The translations under genes were made by a program, and so were the position numbers. Shown piece by piece: positions 1 through 11,346 of a stretch of DNA of 45,524 nt. Origin of the DNA: Nemertoderma westbladi. Taxonomy: Eukaryota > Animalia > Xenacoelomorpha. Within the stretch, counting starts at the first letter, position 1. Each line of letters starts with the position of its first letter. Under the pieces are notes generated by a model. The model was not told where the DNA came from, searched no databases, and saw nothing but the letters and a program-made list of their open reading frames with translations. The stretch spans positions 1-45,524 of the forward strand of contig JAUCBJ010000028.1 of NCBI GenBank assembly GCA_032718475.1, written 5' to 3'.

Positions 1-1395
1 TTGCTGTTAATACAAATGGTGCGTTGTATATAATGTGTAATGTTGTCATAATAATGTAACAATTTTGTAATAAAATATCAGAATGACAACGATTGCAAAT
101 TTGCGAAATTAACTGAACAAATACACTAGAATATTCTCAATAAAAAATACAATATATTTGAATAATTATAAACAAATAATAAATAACGCAGGGAATGGAA
201 GTAATCAATAGAGGCCTATTATTAAATAAAATCCCCAAAGCTCGGATCCCACCAAATGCGTGCAGAGTACCAAAATACAACCATAATCAGTGCGGGGTAC
301 ATCTGAGTTCCTGGGTGACTAATTTAAATGAATCCCATTGCGGTACCATTCTTCTAGACTAACGGGAAGCTTTCCGTTTATCTCGCACATGCTCTAACTC
401 ATCATGAACTGCTCTGGACTTGCCACTCACAGCCGTAACAACATGTGGGTTTACAGGATTTATATATCTACCCTTTAACATCAAGGCGAACCCGGTCATA
501 TGTGACAGTAAGTAAACTTACTGGCTGAATGGGTTGAATGAACTGTGCGGCACTTTACGAAAGCAAAATCCATGACACAGAATATCAGCGGTTTGTACCT
601 AACTAAATGATACATAACAGCTTTGGTACACCCATTATTCGTCAAACCCCAAATCGCTTTAATGATAACATCTACCCACACTACCAAATGCTGAAATGGT
701 GGCGATTCTGGACCACAATAAAAAAATAAACCAAATAAATATAAACAAATCCTGAATCAAATACGGTTGCTGGGTATACAGTGTTCAGCCTACCTGTCTG
801 GTATGTAGGCCTATCCATTAGCCATTATTTATGCTCAGATAATACATTAGGCTATGCCTATATTATTATTAATTAACTTAGTCAGTTAGTAAATGTATTT
901 AAATTCGTCACCAACTTACTCTCCCAATGTCTACGTGTATCTCTGCCTATACAGGGTTGAATGCTGGGCTACTACTGGCAGTCAGGAAAGGTTGGTTGGT
1001 ACCTGGTTGGTTTAGCCTTCACCACAACCCCAAGGGCATAATATTCAGTATATCTCCATAGCAACCAACAATAACACCAGCATGTCCAGGAACTATCAGT
1101 GTTCCCCACCCCACTCCCTCCCTTCCCTGGCTTCTGTGTGGTAAGGTTAATGACCAGGCATGTAATAACATTAGATGTGCGTCCCTATTAAAACGCTTAT
1201 AACTCATGAAGAATAGTAGATACAATGATGTTATATGGCTCAAACGACTCGTATTGAACGCGCGGATCTAATAATACCAAATAGAAGATGATACGATAAG
1301 GAATAACCGATCTGGAAATTGATTAATAATATAAAAAAGAATTTCCATTAAAAATACGGTTTTTAAAGTGCTCTAAAATTTTTTTGGTTGGGCGA

Positions 1396-2832
1396 AATCG
1401 AAAACGGTTTCGAAATTTGGAATTAGCGCATCAATATTACCCAGAAAAAGTGTTTTCGGGCAAAAAATTTTTTTTTGCGCAAATCGTCAAAAATTGATAA
1501 ATCTCGTAAGGGGGGACCGCACCGTGATTTTTGGCCAAAAATAAAAAACGCTGAAATTTGGTGAAAAGTTGCGCAAGAATAAATGGTATAATAAGTTATT
1601 GGACCATTTTCGATAAAAACCACTTTTGGCCAATTTATGGCCAATTTAGTAAAAAAAATAGGCCCTTTTTTAAAAAAGTTTGTCCCCCCTATGGCCCCTG
1701 AAGATTAATTTTTTTTATAAAACAATGTATAGTGGATTTGTAGAACTCAAAAAATCAGACAGGCTTCATTTTTTTTTTGGAGCCCCTAGACCAAGGGTTC
1801 TCGAGATATTGACTTCCGAAAATTTGCGTTTTTTGAAAAAAACTGAATTTTTGGTGGACAAAAATTTCCGTCATCCATTTACTCCAACAAAAATAGATTT
1901 CTGTGCTTAACTTTCTGTCTACAAAAGGTAGCTATTGAGTAGTACTAAAACATGTTAAAGTTTAAAAAAAAAATAAACAGAGAATTTTGAGAAAATTAAT
2001 TTTCCCCAAAGTGGTTTTTTCCGATTTTGCAATTTTCCACCTTTTGTCCACCCTTTTTCCCCCCCTAAAATTGAACGAGGTCCGGATCTGAAATATTGAG
2101 CAGGTAGATCCACCTTCCCTCTATTGATTAAAAGTGGAACGGTCTCGATCCGATACATAGTAACAGAGCTAGAGCGCTTACAAAATTGGCTCAAATGGCC
2201 CAAAATTGGCGCAGTAATGTCTACGACTTGCCCATAGCCGACCACTGTATGCCTTTTGGCTGAAATTTTCAGAGAACATGCCCACAGTATAGGCGCGTTT
2301 GTAGTATAAGTTTCGACCCCATAGGCCTAAAGCTCTACGAGCTAGGGGCTGCGGAATGTCGAAAAATAGCGTTTTTGATAATTTTTCTGGGAAAAATGGA
2401 TTCATTTAAAAATGGCCAATTTTTGAAATCTGAAATTTTGATAGAATGTGCATCATTTATATAGCTAGAAAAAACCCACACGACATTGCGTGGTTTGTAT
2501 TTGATTTTTTCGAGAAAATTGAGCCGGAATGAAAAAAAACGTGATTTTTTCAAAATTTTCAATGTTTGACCTTTGACCTTTGACCCTTAAAGGTGGAATT
2601 TTTCAAAAAACGAAGCTCAACTTTTCTAACGGGCGGGATGTCTGTACGCACGCAAAATTTCAGCTTCCGAGCTTTATCCCTTCTGGGTGCTAGTACGAAC
2701 TCCGCCGACAATCCTATATATAGAAACCTGTACAGGGGAAGGTTGGCTTCCTGACTGCGGAAGCCAACAGGTTTACTCTTTATTTTTTTACTTTCTGAGA
2801 GTCCGCATATCCAACGAGGGAGCGGATGCTAG
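1396..2832. repeat. Dispersed non-coding repeat, copy A (~1.4 kb); probable non-autonomous DNA or rolling-circle transposon
   Basis: Highly similar to 3603-5021 from AATCGAAAACGGTTTCG to TCCGCATATCCAAC (offset ~2.2 kb). Hairpin GTTGGCTTCC-N7-GGAAGCCAAC at 2742-2768, TGACCTTTGACC repeats, and recurring CTGAAATTT motifs. Ends in a TCCGC...GCGGA stem followed by CTAG (2829-2832). The duplication is seen directly; the class is inferred. Confidence 0.75.
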
Positions 2833-3602
2833 GAGGGGGAGAGAAGAGAGAGAGAGAGGGGATAAAAGAGGGGGGTAGAGTTAGGGAATATGAAGGTTTT
2901 ACAAAATGACTGACAGGTGTGTAGGTACACTGTACGATGTTGTAATATTATTCAAGAATGTAAATAGAATATTAAGTCTAGATTTTTTATGAACTTCTGA
3001 AGTCTCCATAGTAAACCCGCCATCCCTCCCAAATTACAATAATATATTGTATTTTACATAATTGTTTGTCGTCTTATTCCTTGACCTATTGACTACAAGC
3101 CCTGTTAACCCCCTATCTTATCCACATATAATAAATTATTGTATGAATAATATTCAATTGTTATAAGAAATTTGGGTACCCACATAATAAGCATGAATGG
3201 ACAGGGTCATACTGGGGAAGGGGGGGGGGGGGGGGGGGTAATAAACATATTATATTTTATAGCCCCAATCCCATCAACACAAGTGTTGATGAGGATTGGG
3301 GAGAAACACTTTCTATATAAGAATAAATATAGTTTATCTTTGCACTTTTCAGTTTCGTGTCCACCTCCAGTTTCATAGCCAACCTGGAATTAGGTGCTTC
3401 TAACATATTTATGTATAATAGGTACAATTCCATCATAATGTACCTAAAACATCTTAAAATATGTTTATGCATCTACTAATACCAAATTCAAGTTGATACA
3501 ATAAGATTTACAAGATTTGAAAAAATTAAAAAAAAAATTTTTTTTATCATATATTTGAAATTCCAGAATTGAAAATGCTCTAATTTTTTTTCTATTGATT
3601 TT

Positions 3603-5021
3603 AATCGAAAACGGTTTCGAAATTTGGAATCAGCGCATCAATATTTACCAGAAAAAGTGTTTTCGGGCAAAAAATTTTTTTTGCGCAAATCGCCAAAAAT
3701 TGACAAATCTCGTAAGGGGGGTTAGCACCGTGATTTTTGGCCAAAAATAAAAAACGCTGAAATTTGGTGAAAAGTTGCGCAAGAATAAATGGTATAATAA
3801 GTTATTGGACCATTTTCGATAAAAACCACTTTTGGCCAATTTATGGCCAATTTAGTAAAAAAAATTGGCCCTTTTTTAAAAAAGTTTGTCCCCCCTATGG
3901 CCCCTGAAGATACATTTTTTTTATAAAACAATGTATAGTGGATTTGTAGAACTCAAAAAATCAGACAGGCTTCATTTTTTTTTTGGAGCCCCTAGACCAA
4001 GGGTTCTCGAGATATTGGCTTCCGAAAATTTGCGTTTTTTGAAAAAAACAGAATTTTTGGTGGATAAAAATTTCCGTCGTCCATTTACTCCAAAGTAGTA
4101 GATTTTTGGGCTTAACTTTCTGTCTACGGAAGATAGCTATTGAGTAGTACTAAAACATGTTAAAGTTTAAAAAAAAAATAAACAGAGAATTTTGAGAAAA
4201 TTAATTTTCCCCAAAGTGGTTTTTTCCGATTTTCCGATTTCCCCCCTTTTTTCCCCCCATTTTCCCCCTCTAAAATTGACCAAGGTCAGGATCTGAAACA
4301 TTGAAAAGGTAGATCCACCTTCCCTCTGTTGATTAAAAGTGGAACGGTCTCGATCCCATATATAGCAACAGAGCTAGAGCGCTTACGAAATTGGCTCAAA
4401 TGGCCCAAAATTGGCGCCATAATGTCTACGACTTGCCCATAGCCGAGCACTGAATGCCTTTTGGCTGAAATTTTCAGAGAACATGCCCACAGTAGAGGCG
4501 CGTTTGTAGTACAAGTTTCAACCCCATAGGCCTGAAGCTCTATGAGCTAGGGGCTGCGGAATGTCGAAAAATAGCGTTTTTTGATAATTTTTCTGGGAAA
4601 AATGGATTCATTTAAAAATGGCCAATTTTTGAAATCTGAAATTTTGATAGAATGTGCATCATTTATATAGCTAGAAAAAACCCACACGACATTGCGTGGT
4701 TTGTATTTGATTTTTTCGAGAAAATTGAGCCGGAATGAAAAAAAACGTGATTTTTTAAAAATTTTCAATGTTTGACCTTTGACCTTTGACCCTTAAATGT
4801 GGAATTTTTTAAAAAACGAAGCTCAACTTTTCTAACGGGCGGGATGTCTGTCCGCACGCAAAATTTCAGCTTCCGAGCTTTATCCCTTCTGGGTGCTAGT
4901 ACGAACTCCGCCGCCAATCCTATATATAGAAACCTGTACAGGGGAAGGTTGGCTTCCTGACTGCGGAAGCCAACAGGTTTACTCTTTATTTTTTTACTTT
5001 CTGGAGATCCGCATATCCAAC
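3603..5021. repeat. Dispersed non-coding repeat, copy B; its right end abuts the truncated LINE RT
   Basis: Near-identical to 1396-2815, with the same hairpin at 4948-4974. Lacks the terminal GCGGA/CTAG segment of copy A. Confidence 0.75.
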
Positions 5022-5694
5022 AAGCACGGAACCCTGGGGGAGCCGATACATTAGCTTCTGGCACTCAGAATAGGTGTTCCCGACTTTAACCTGTTGTGTT
5101 CGTCCGAATAGATATGATACAAACCAATCTTACGCAGCTCCTCTAATACCAATATGGTTTTCCAAAAGTTCTAGTAGTTTACTATATTACACAGTATCAA
5201 AGGCTGCGCTTAAATCTAATAAAATTAAAAGAACAGCTGAGCCTCCATCGATATTCGATTATATCATTGTTCACCTTTAACAATGCAGTCTCGGTACCAT
5301 AGTACTGCCTATAGGCACTCTGCACCTGGGTCGTAGAGACTCAATTTGAATTCATGTGAGTGATTAACTGAGGTGTAACAATCTTCTCAGTCAACTTTGA
5401 TATATGAATAGTAAGTTTGATACAGGTCTAAAGTTCTTTATGATCCCCGGATCCAAGCGGGCCTTCTTTAAAATTGGATTAAGTATTGCCTCCTTAAATA
5501 TGGTTGGTACCGTTGCCGTTTTAATAGATAAATTTATAATCACCGTAATTATTGGCAATAACAGTTTAAGTGATAGCTTGACAACTCTTGTTGGTAATGG
5601 GTCGCGTGGACTTGTCTTAGACTTTGATTCTTTTTTATGAGTTTCTGTTTCATCCATTGTTACCTCCTGAAAGTCTGTAAGTAATGATTTCGGA

Positions 5695-5990
5695 GTGTTA
5701 CCCGTGGCAGCAAATGACGCAGCTGGGTTGCCCGTAGCAACCGATGACGCAGCTGGGTTGCCCGTAGCAACCGATGACGCAGCTGGGTTGCCAGTAGCAA
5801 CCGATGACGCAGCTGGGTTGCCCGTAGCAACCGATGACGCAGGTGGGTTGCCCGTAGAAACCGCTGACGCAGCTGGGTTGCCCGTAGCAACCGATGACGC
5901 AGCTGGGTTGCCCGTAGCAACCGATGACGCAGGTGGGTTGCCCGTAACAACCAATGACGCAGCTGGGTTGCCCATAGTAACTGATGACGT
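5695..5990. repeat. 30-bp minisatellite, ~10 units (GGGTTGCCCGTAGCAACCGATGACGCAGCT), in frame in the LINE ORF2 linker (ATGNPAASSV repeat)
   Basis: The tandem units are directly visible, and ORF 5391-6104 reads through them. Confidence 0.95.
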
Positions 5991-7443
5991 TATAGATTTA
6001 TCTGCAGCAATTTCATTTTTACAGACTGAAGTTATAGGCGTCAGTAAATCGGCACGAATATCCATTATCTTATCTTCGAAGAAACTTAGAAACACATTAG
6101 CCATCGACTTATCGTCATCATGCGTGGGCAGATTGCTTTTATTATTTCTGTACAGAATTTTATTAACAACCGCGAATAGTGTGTTAAAGGTTAAGGTTTC
6201 TTTAGCTGAGATGATGATTTCAGATACCGTTCTACATTGCTTCCGATAGGCAGCACAGTCTATAGGTAGTTTCGTCTTTTGGAACCTACGCTCAAGTTGA
6301 CGACGCTTTCTTTTTCCATCAGCAATTGCACTGTTGTATCAAGCAGCCTTTGGGTGTTTTGTGACGGTCTTTTTCAACATTGGCGCATGCTTGTTAAATA
6401 ATTGACTCAAAGTCTCATTATATTTGGCGAGGACCTCACTGATATTTGTATCTAATGTATTAGTAGCTGTACATAGAGTAGAATGTCCCAGATCGTCTAA
6501 AAATAAATCCAGGTTAAATTTGTTCATATTCCTGTAACTAACAGTTTCTGTATCCACGGCAGGTTTTACTAGGTTGAGGTTGAAATAAATAGCGAAATGG
6601 TCAGATAAGCCGATATTCCTTATGTTGATGTCCTTTTATGTGAGACGGTTCATGTACCCATTGGTGGAGCCCAAAACAATTTACAACATCCAGGAATTCA
6701 CAAGCTTCTTTGTCGTCACATACATCCACATGGAAGTTAAAGTCTCCAGCTATAATCAGTCGCCCAGGTAGAGGCGCATTACATCCTGTAGAAACTCAGC
6801 AAATTGGTCATAATGGAGCCGTAAACCCGTTTTTTTGAGAAGGACATGTCTGGTATATATTAAAAAGTCTTATTAGAACACCACAATGCAGTGAAGTTAG
6901 TTCAATATACTCAAATGTTGTGTATAAAACTATGCAAAGGTGCTGCTTTAACTGAAGTGCAGTTTTATATATGCAGGCGACACCACCACCAAGTTTATCA
7001 CTCCTGGGATTGTGTTTAAGTGTATATCCCGTTGGACAAATTTCATTAATAGTTACAATATCACTATCGTTTCCTTTCAACCAGGCCTCCGTAATAGCCA
7101 TAATGTCTACCTTATCGTCTACAATGTGGTCCTTTAACACTGCAGCTTTATTATTAATGGACCGTGCATCTTATAAACACACAGCAGTTAAAGTAGGATC
7201 TAAGATTTTCGACTCATATTCTGGAGTATACAGATACAGTCAATCTGTTTGTGTCGATATATTTCTGGAATTTCGACGGGATGGGGGGGTTTGCTATTGG
7301 TCCGGGGTTGTTAGAGTAACTGTAGGTGGTGTTACAGGATGCACTGTTGTATTGATCACAGTGTATTCCCCACTCGGTTTCAGTGATATTGACTCGGCTA
7401 CAGATTCTCGATAAATGACAAAGCGTTTTTCAGGATGCATTGC

Positions 7444-8600
7444 TTATAACAGGCGCCGTTCCGCTCTGAGTTCATACTGGAAATGACGTTCTTCTGGTGT
7501 GAAGTCGGGGGATATGTAGCAATGCTTGTAGACTTCCGATTTTCGGAGTTCATGTGCTTTGCGCAACAGTGAAGCTCTTTTATCCTGCGGCAAAGTGACT
7601 AACATTGGTTTACAATCACGTTCATTCCCAACTCGTTTAGATGATACCTCTTCCGTGGCTAAATTGATATTAAGTAAGACTGCGATTCCAATAACAATAT
7701 TGTTGTCATCACTTTCTGATGCTATCCCACTCACTATAATATTCGACTTACGCTTCATTTGTTCCGCAGCCTTGAGTTTAATTTGTTTAAACAAGGCCGC
7801 CACGTTGGCTTGTTTTAACCCAGACTTTACCTTGGAGGCGTACGAGACACGGCTCCAAGAACCTTCATCTGTTTCTAAATTTCTTGATTCATTATTAGCA
7901 AACGCTTTAATATCACTTAAGATGGTTCCAAATCACCTAGCTTCTTCTCGATATCATCGACATTTGCTTCACTTTCAATGCGCAAATCCTTCAACCTTGA
8001 AGTCGTTGCCTTATTAGTGTCAATAATCCTCCACTCTAACATATTTGATCTATTGGTTATGGCGTCCATTTCTTGAACCACTTCTAAGAATCTTTCTTTA
8101 AGTTGCGATTCCAACTTCTCTAACTCATTTAACACCCGAGAAATGCGTTGGCCTAAACATGGGCCACAGTAGAAGTCCACTCGTCCGAATTCCATGCCCT
8201 TTTTGGCAATACAAATCATCGATGTGATACAGCGCGCACCAGAGCAGCCTACCTCGATCTCAATCAAACCATCATTACACAATTCATGTTTGTTTCCAGT
8301 ACCACTAGCTGCTGGCATTAGAGGTGGAGCTGACGATTTGTTGCCGCGTTTCCCTGAGGAGTTCGAAGAATTTATATGCGCACCGATGCTCAGACGTCTA
8401 CGTTCCTGATTCGGTTGTGAAGACATCGTATCGTACGAAGCCAACAGGCAAACGTGAAATATTTGCCAGGTACGGTACTCACGGTAGACCGTTAATAATG
8501 CTGCAGAAACCGTATAGCACCAATGTGCCGGCGCTGCAGTGTATGGTACCAAATAAAATGAGTAAAAAATTTTTAAAAATAGTTCGTAATAGGGTTTCAA
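7444..8600 (-). pseudogene. LINE ORF1 (PHD-like finger, coiled coil, L2/CR1-type C-terminal region), disrupted
   Basis: ORF track segments 7917-8600 and 7444-7803 lie upstream of the APE domain and carry ORF1-like motifs. Confidence 0.7.
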
Positions 8601-8725
8601 CTACGACCGATGCTGGGACCACGAATGGGTACAGGCTTGTACCGGTACCAGATGTAGAGCCGTACAGTAGTTAACAATTTAGTCAGCAATCAACGATGTA
8701 TGTGACCAGAACGTATAATGTATAC

Positions 8726-8774
8726 ATAATATAATATATATAATATAATATATATAATATAATAATATATATAA
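8726..8774. repeat. (TAATA/TA)n AT microsatellite
   Basis: taatataatatatataatataata... is visible directly. Confidence 0.8.
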
Positions 8775-9201
8775 TGGCATTAATTATTTGTAAACAAGTC
8801 AATTATGCGCAGATAATTTGACTTTATGCTATTATTTACACAAATTTTCCCAGGTATGGTAGCCCTCTTCACTAATAACGTCTGAGAATCGGGATGAATA
8901 TTTCCAATATTAGATTCATAAATTCGTTGAAGAATAAATGCATAAATGCTCTACCAATTCCATTCTAAATTTCAGAAATTTATGTTACAGCGTACTTGAA
9001 TATTTCTGATGCTCGTGACTTCAAATGTTCTCACTCACTATGTTCGTTCGTTTAACAAATCACTCAGCGTAAAATACTGTAATAAAAAGTGCCACTTTAC
9101 ACACTACTGTAGTTTGTTCAGTTAATAATAATTGCAAAGTTTTAACAGTTTTACTTATCTTGCTTGACAAACAAATTAATACATTAATAAATAGATATCA
9201 G

Positions 9202-9464
9202 AACTGACGATTGAGTTCAATGATGAGTCCTACAAAAATGGTATGATTCGTTTCTATGCGGAGACGGATATCAATTGCCCTGGGTATAAGGGGTGGTGGC
9301 ACCTTTACGGTGAAGCTGAATATAATAAGGTCGATAAAAATTACTGCAAGCCAGGGGCGTATTTATTTGGACAGATGGAAAAAACATATTGGAAACCATA
9401 TTGGAACCAAGATGGGAAAATCGGACCATTTCATAGCATAGAAATGAGGATTAAACTTACCTAA
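9202..9464 (+). CDS. Probable terminal exon of a divergent fibrinogen-related domain (FReD) gene
   Basis: After the AG at 9200-9201 (phase 1) the frame reads LTIEFNDESYKNGMIRFYAETDINCPGYKGWW...C...YW..YW...HSIEMRIKLT*. This parallels the FReD C-terminal pattern (HNGM.F..D..NC...GGWW..C...W..W...EMKIR). AATAAA at 9526-9531. Upstream exons were not identified. Confidence 0.5.
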
Positions 9465-9657
9465 ATCGTTACGAAAAATCCCTTTGATATTTTATTCATT
9501 AGATTAAAAGTAAATAACACGATACAATAAAACAGTGGCTACTGTATAATAATAGGATGCAAAAAAATACATGGAAAAAGAAAAAAGTTAAAAGTGTACA
9601 TAAAGACTATGGAAATTGTGAATAATGCCTAGGATATGTAGAGGAGCAACAGACAAT

Positions 9658-9685
9658 GGGGGGGGGGGGGGGGGGGGGGGGGGGG
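9658..9685. repeat. Poly-G tract (another at ~3220-3238)
   Basis: Homopolymer visible directly. Confidence 0.9.
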
Positions 9686-10528
9686 CAATCTGCTGCGAAC
9701 TACCGACACTATCCACAGAGGGGTGGAAGGTGGGGATTCTACGCAACCACATGGCAGAGCTCCCGCGACACAAGGAGCCAGAGAGCCATTGGAAGAGGTG
9801 GCGGATGAGTCTGGCAATCTCACGAATGGTGGATGATGAGTTGGAATCCTATCCCCCCGCCTAGAGGGCTTCAACAACTAGCGGGGTGAAATACAGAAAT
9901 TTAAACAATAATATAAACAGAAATACTGATACTTGATGAGTAGATCTACATAACTTAACCTACATTTGTAGTCTTAATCATATACTTAATCAATTATTGA
10001 TGAAGTCAAAGTTGTTCAAGATCAATAACTTGATCACGTTTCGCTCAATTTATTTCAAACTGCAACTGCAACAAAAATGAAAATTTTAGATGGAATTTTA
10101 CGTAATGTAACGTTATTATCGATTTAATAAATAAATAATAAAAGAAACCCAATTTTCCTGCTTTTTTGAAAGTGTTGCCATTTGGTTTATGTAATAACTA
10201 TTACATCATTGTGTGCAAAGTAGCACTTTGCAGCGTTACGACCCGAGTATATTTATGTACCGAGCGAGCGCAGCGAGGGAGTGAGGTTTACACAAACAAG
10301 GGTCTTTAACGCTGAAAAGTGACCTTTGCAAGCAATGATGTATGTAATTTTGATACATTATGTCAACTTAACAGCGTTCGGTATGTGAAGAAAGGATTTT
10401 ATGGATACTTATTTATACATTTTAATCATGTACTATATTGAATATAAGTGAAATGTATTAACAGGTACACAGTATTAATTATACTATACTACTACTATAC
10501 TTATACTATTTAAATCGAACTAATTAAC

Positions 10529-10574
10529 AGCGCTATACGCACGTTTCGGCCTAACAGGCCTCATCAGTAGCGCT
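10529..10574 (-). ncRNA. Minimal type I hammerhead ribozyme (inverted copy, intact core)
   Basis: The minus strand reads AGCGCTA-CTGATGA-GGCCTGTTAGGCC-GAAA-CGTGC-GTA-TAGCGCT, giving stem I, the CUGAUGA core, stem II, GAAA, a short stem III and a GUA cleavage triplet. Confidence 0.9.
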
Positions 10575-10921
10575 AACCAGCTCAGCCACTAGCCCCTGAC
10601 ACTCACAGTCCCACCTAATCCACTTCTATTGAACGGGCAGTCTTAAGTTGCATATATTGCACCTTTATCTTACCATTATATTACGGACCTTTAATTACAG
10701 TTGCAACAGCTCATCTCCAATTTATTTAATTAATATCAGCATGGCAGCAATACTCGAGCTGAATATTTATTTATTTGTACTTCCCTCCTGTTTCACTCTA
10801 GCATACTTGAGGCCGTTAGGTCCGCTGTTAGAGATAGAATTATATGCAACTTATGACTGCCCGTTCAATAGAAGTGGATTAGGTGGGACTGTGAGTGTCA
10901 GGGCTAGTGGCTGAGCTGGTT

Positions 10922-10970
10922 AGCGCTACATGATGTAGGCCTGCTAGGCCTGAAACGTACGTATAGCGCT
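10922..10970 (+). ncRNA. Degenerate hammerhead ribozyme copy (three single-base insertions in or next to the core)
   Basis: AGCGCTA-CATGATGTA-GGCCTGCTAGGCC-TGAAA-CGTACGTA-TAGCGCT. The stems are intact but the core is disrupted. Confidence 0.7.
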
Positions 10971-11251
10971 GGTTCAACCCCCGGTGACGCGCTCTCATTT
11001 TTTCCACTTCTGAACAAACCCATAATATTACACCTTTAATTACAGTTGCAACAGCTCATCTCCAATTTATTTAATTAATATCACCTGGCAGCAATACTCG
11101 AGCTGAATATTTATTTATTTGTACTTCCCTCCTGTTTCACTCTAGCATACTTGAGGCCGTTAGGTCCGCTGTTAGAGATAGAATATATGCAACTTAAGAC
11201 TGCCCGTTCAATAGAAGTGGATTAGGTGGGACTGTGAGTGTCAGGGGCTAG

Positions 11252-11346
11252 TGGCTGAGCTGGTTAGCGCTACTGATGAGGCCTGTTAGGCCGAAACGTA
11301 CGTATAGCGCTGGTTCAACCCCCGGTGACGCGCTTTCTCATTTTTT
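11252..11346 (+). promoter_or_regulatory. Putative type 2 Pol III internal promoter (A box 11252-11263, B box 11312-11322) and T6 terminator (11341-11346) bracketing the hammerhead
   Basis: TGGCTGAGCTGG fits the A-box consensus TRGCNNARYNNG, and GGTTCAACCCC fits the B-box GGTTCRANNCC. TTTTTT follows ~18 nt downstream. The same layout is present in the upstream unit (~10908-11002). Confidence 0.65.
11266..11311 (+). ncRNA. Minimal type I hammerhead ribozyme (intact); predicted cleavage after GUA at 11304
   Basis: Stem I AGCGCTA (11266-11272) / TAGCGCT (11305-11311); CTGATGA 11273-11279; stem II GGCCT-GTT-AGGCC 11280-11292; GAAA 11293-11296; palindromic ACGTACGT stem III 11296-11303. Confidence 0.93.

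Larger units (their letters stand above)
5022..8600 (-). mobile_element. Decayed CR1/L2-group non-LTR retrotransposon (ORF1 plus APE-RT ORF2), 3' part lost after the PQGSVL motif
   Basis: Minus-strand translations. ORF1 pieces: 7917-8600 (PHD-like C..C...FYCGPC, coiled coil) and 7444-7803 (RKSNIIVSGI...YISPDFTPEER). APE motifs: ARSINNK/ITEAWL/GGGVA (6808-7170), IIAGDFNFHVD (~6722-6758), SDH (~6600). RT motifs: DPLPT/NFRPVSNL (5391-5620), LDLSAAFDTV (~5190-5219), LPQGSVL (~5022-5043). Many stops and frameshifts. The 5' boundary is approximate. Confidence 0.88.

Noticed and set aside
180-1300. Possible coding remnants at the window start (ORFs 496-687 and 1019-1243)
   Set aside because: No recognisable motifs in the frames examined, so no feature can be supported.
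1423-5064. Short Phe/Lys-rich ORFs in the duplicated 1.4-kb repeat
   Set aside because: They are low-complexity translations of A/T runs, are frameshifted between copies, and contain no recognisable domain.
9588-9877. Poly-Gly/poly-Pro ORFs
   Set aside because: They are produced by the poly-G tract and have no other coding signal.
11245-11335. Genuine intron-containing tRNA gene
   Set aside because: There is no convincing acceptor stem and the T stem is only partly paired. The insert is a hammerhead within a tandem repeat, so only the promoter boxes are tRNA-like.
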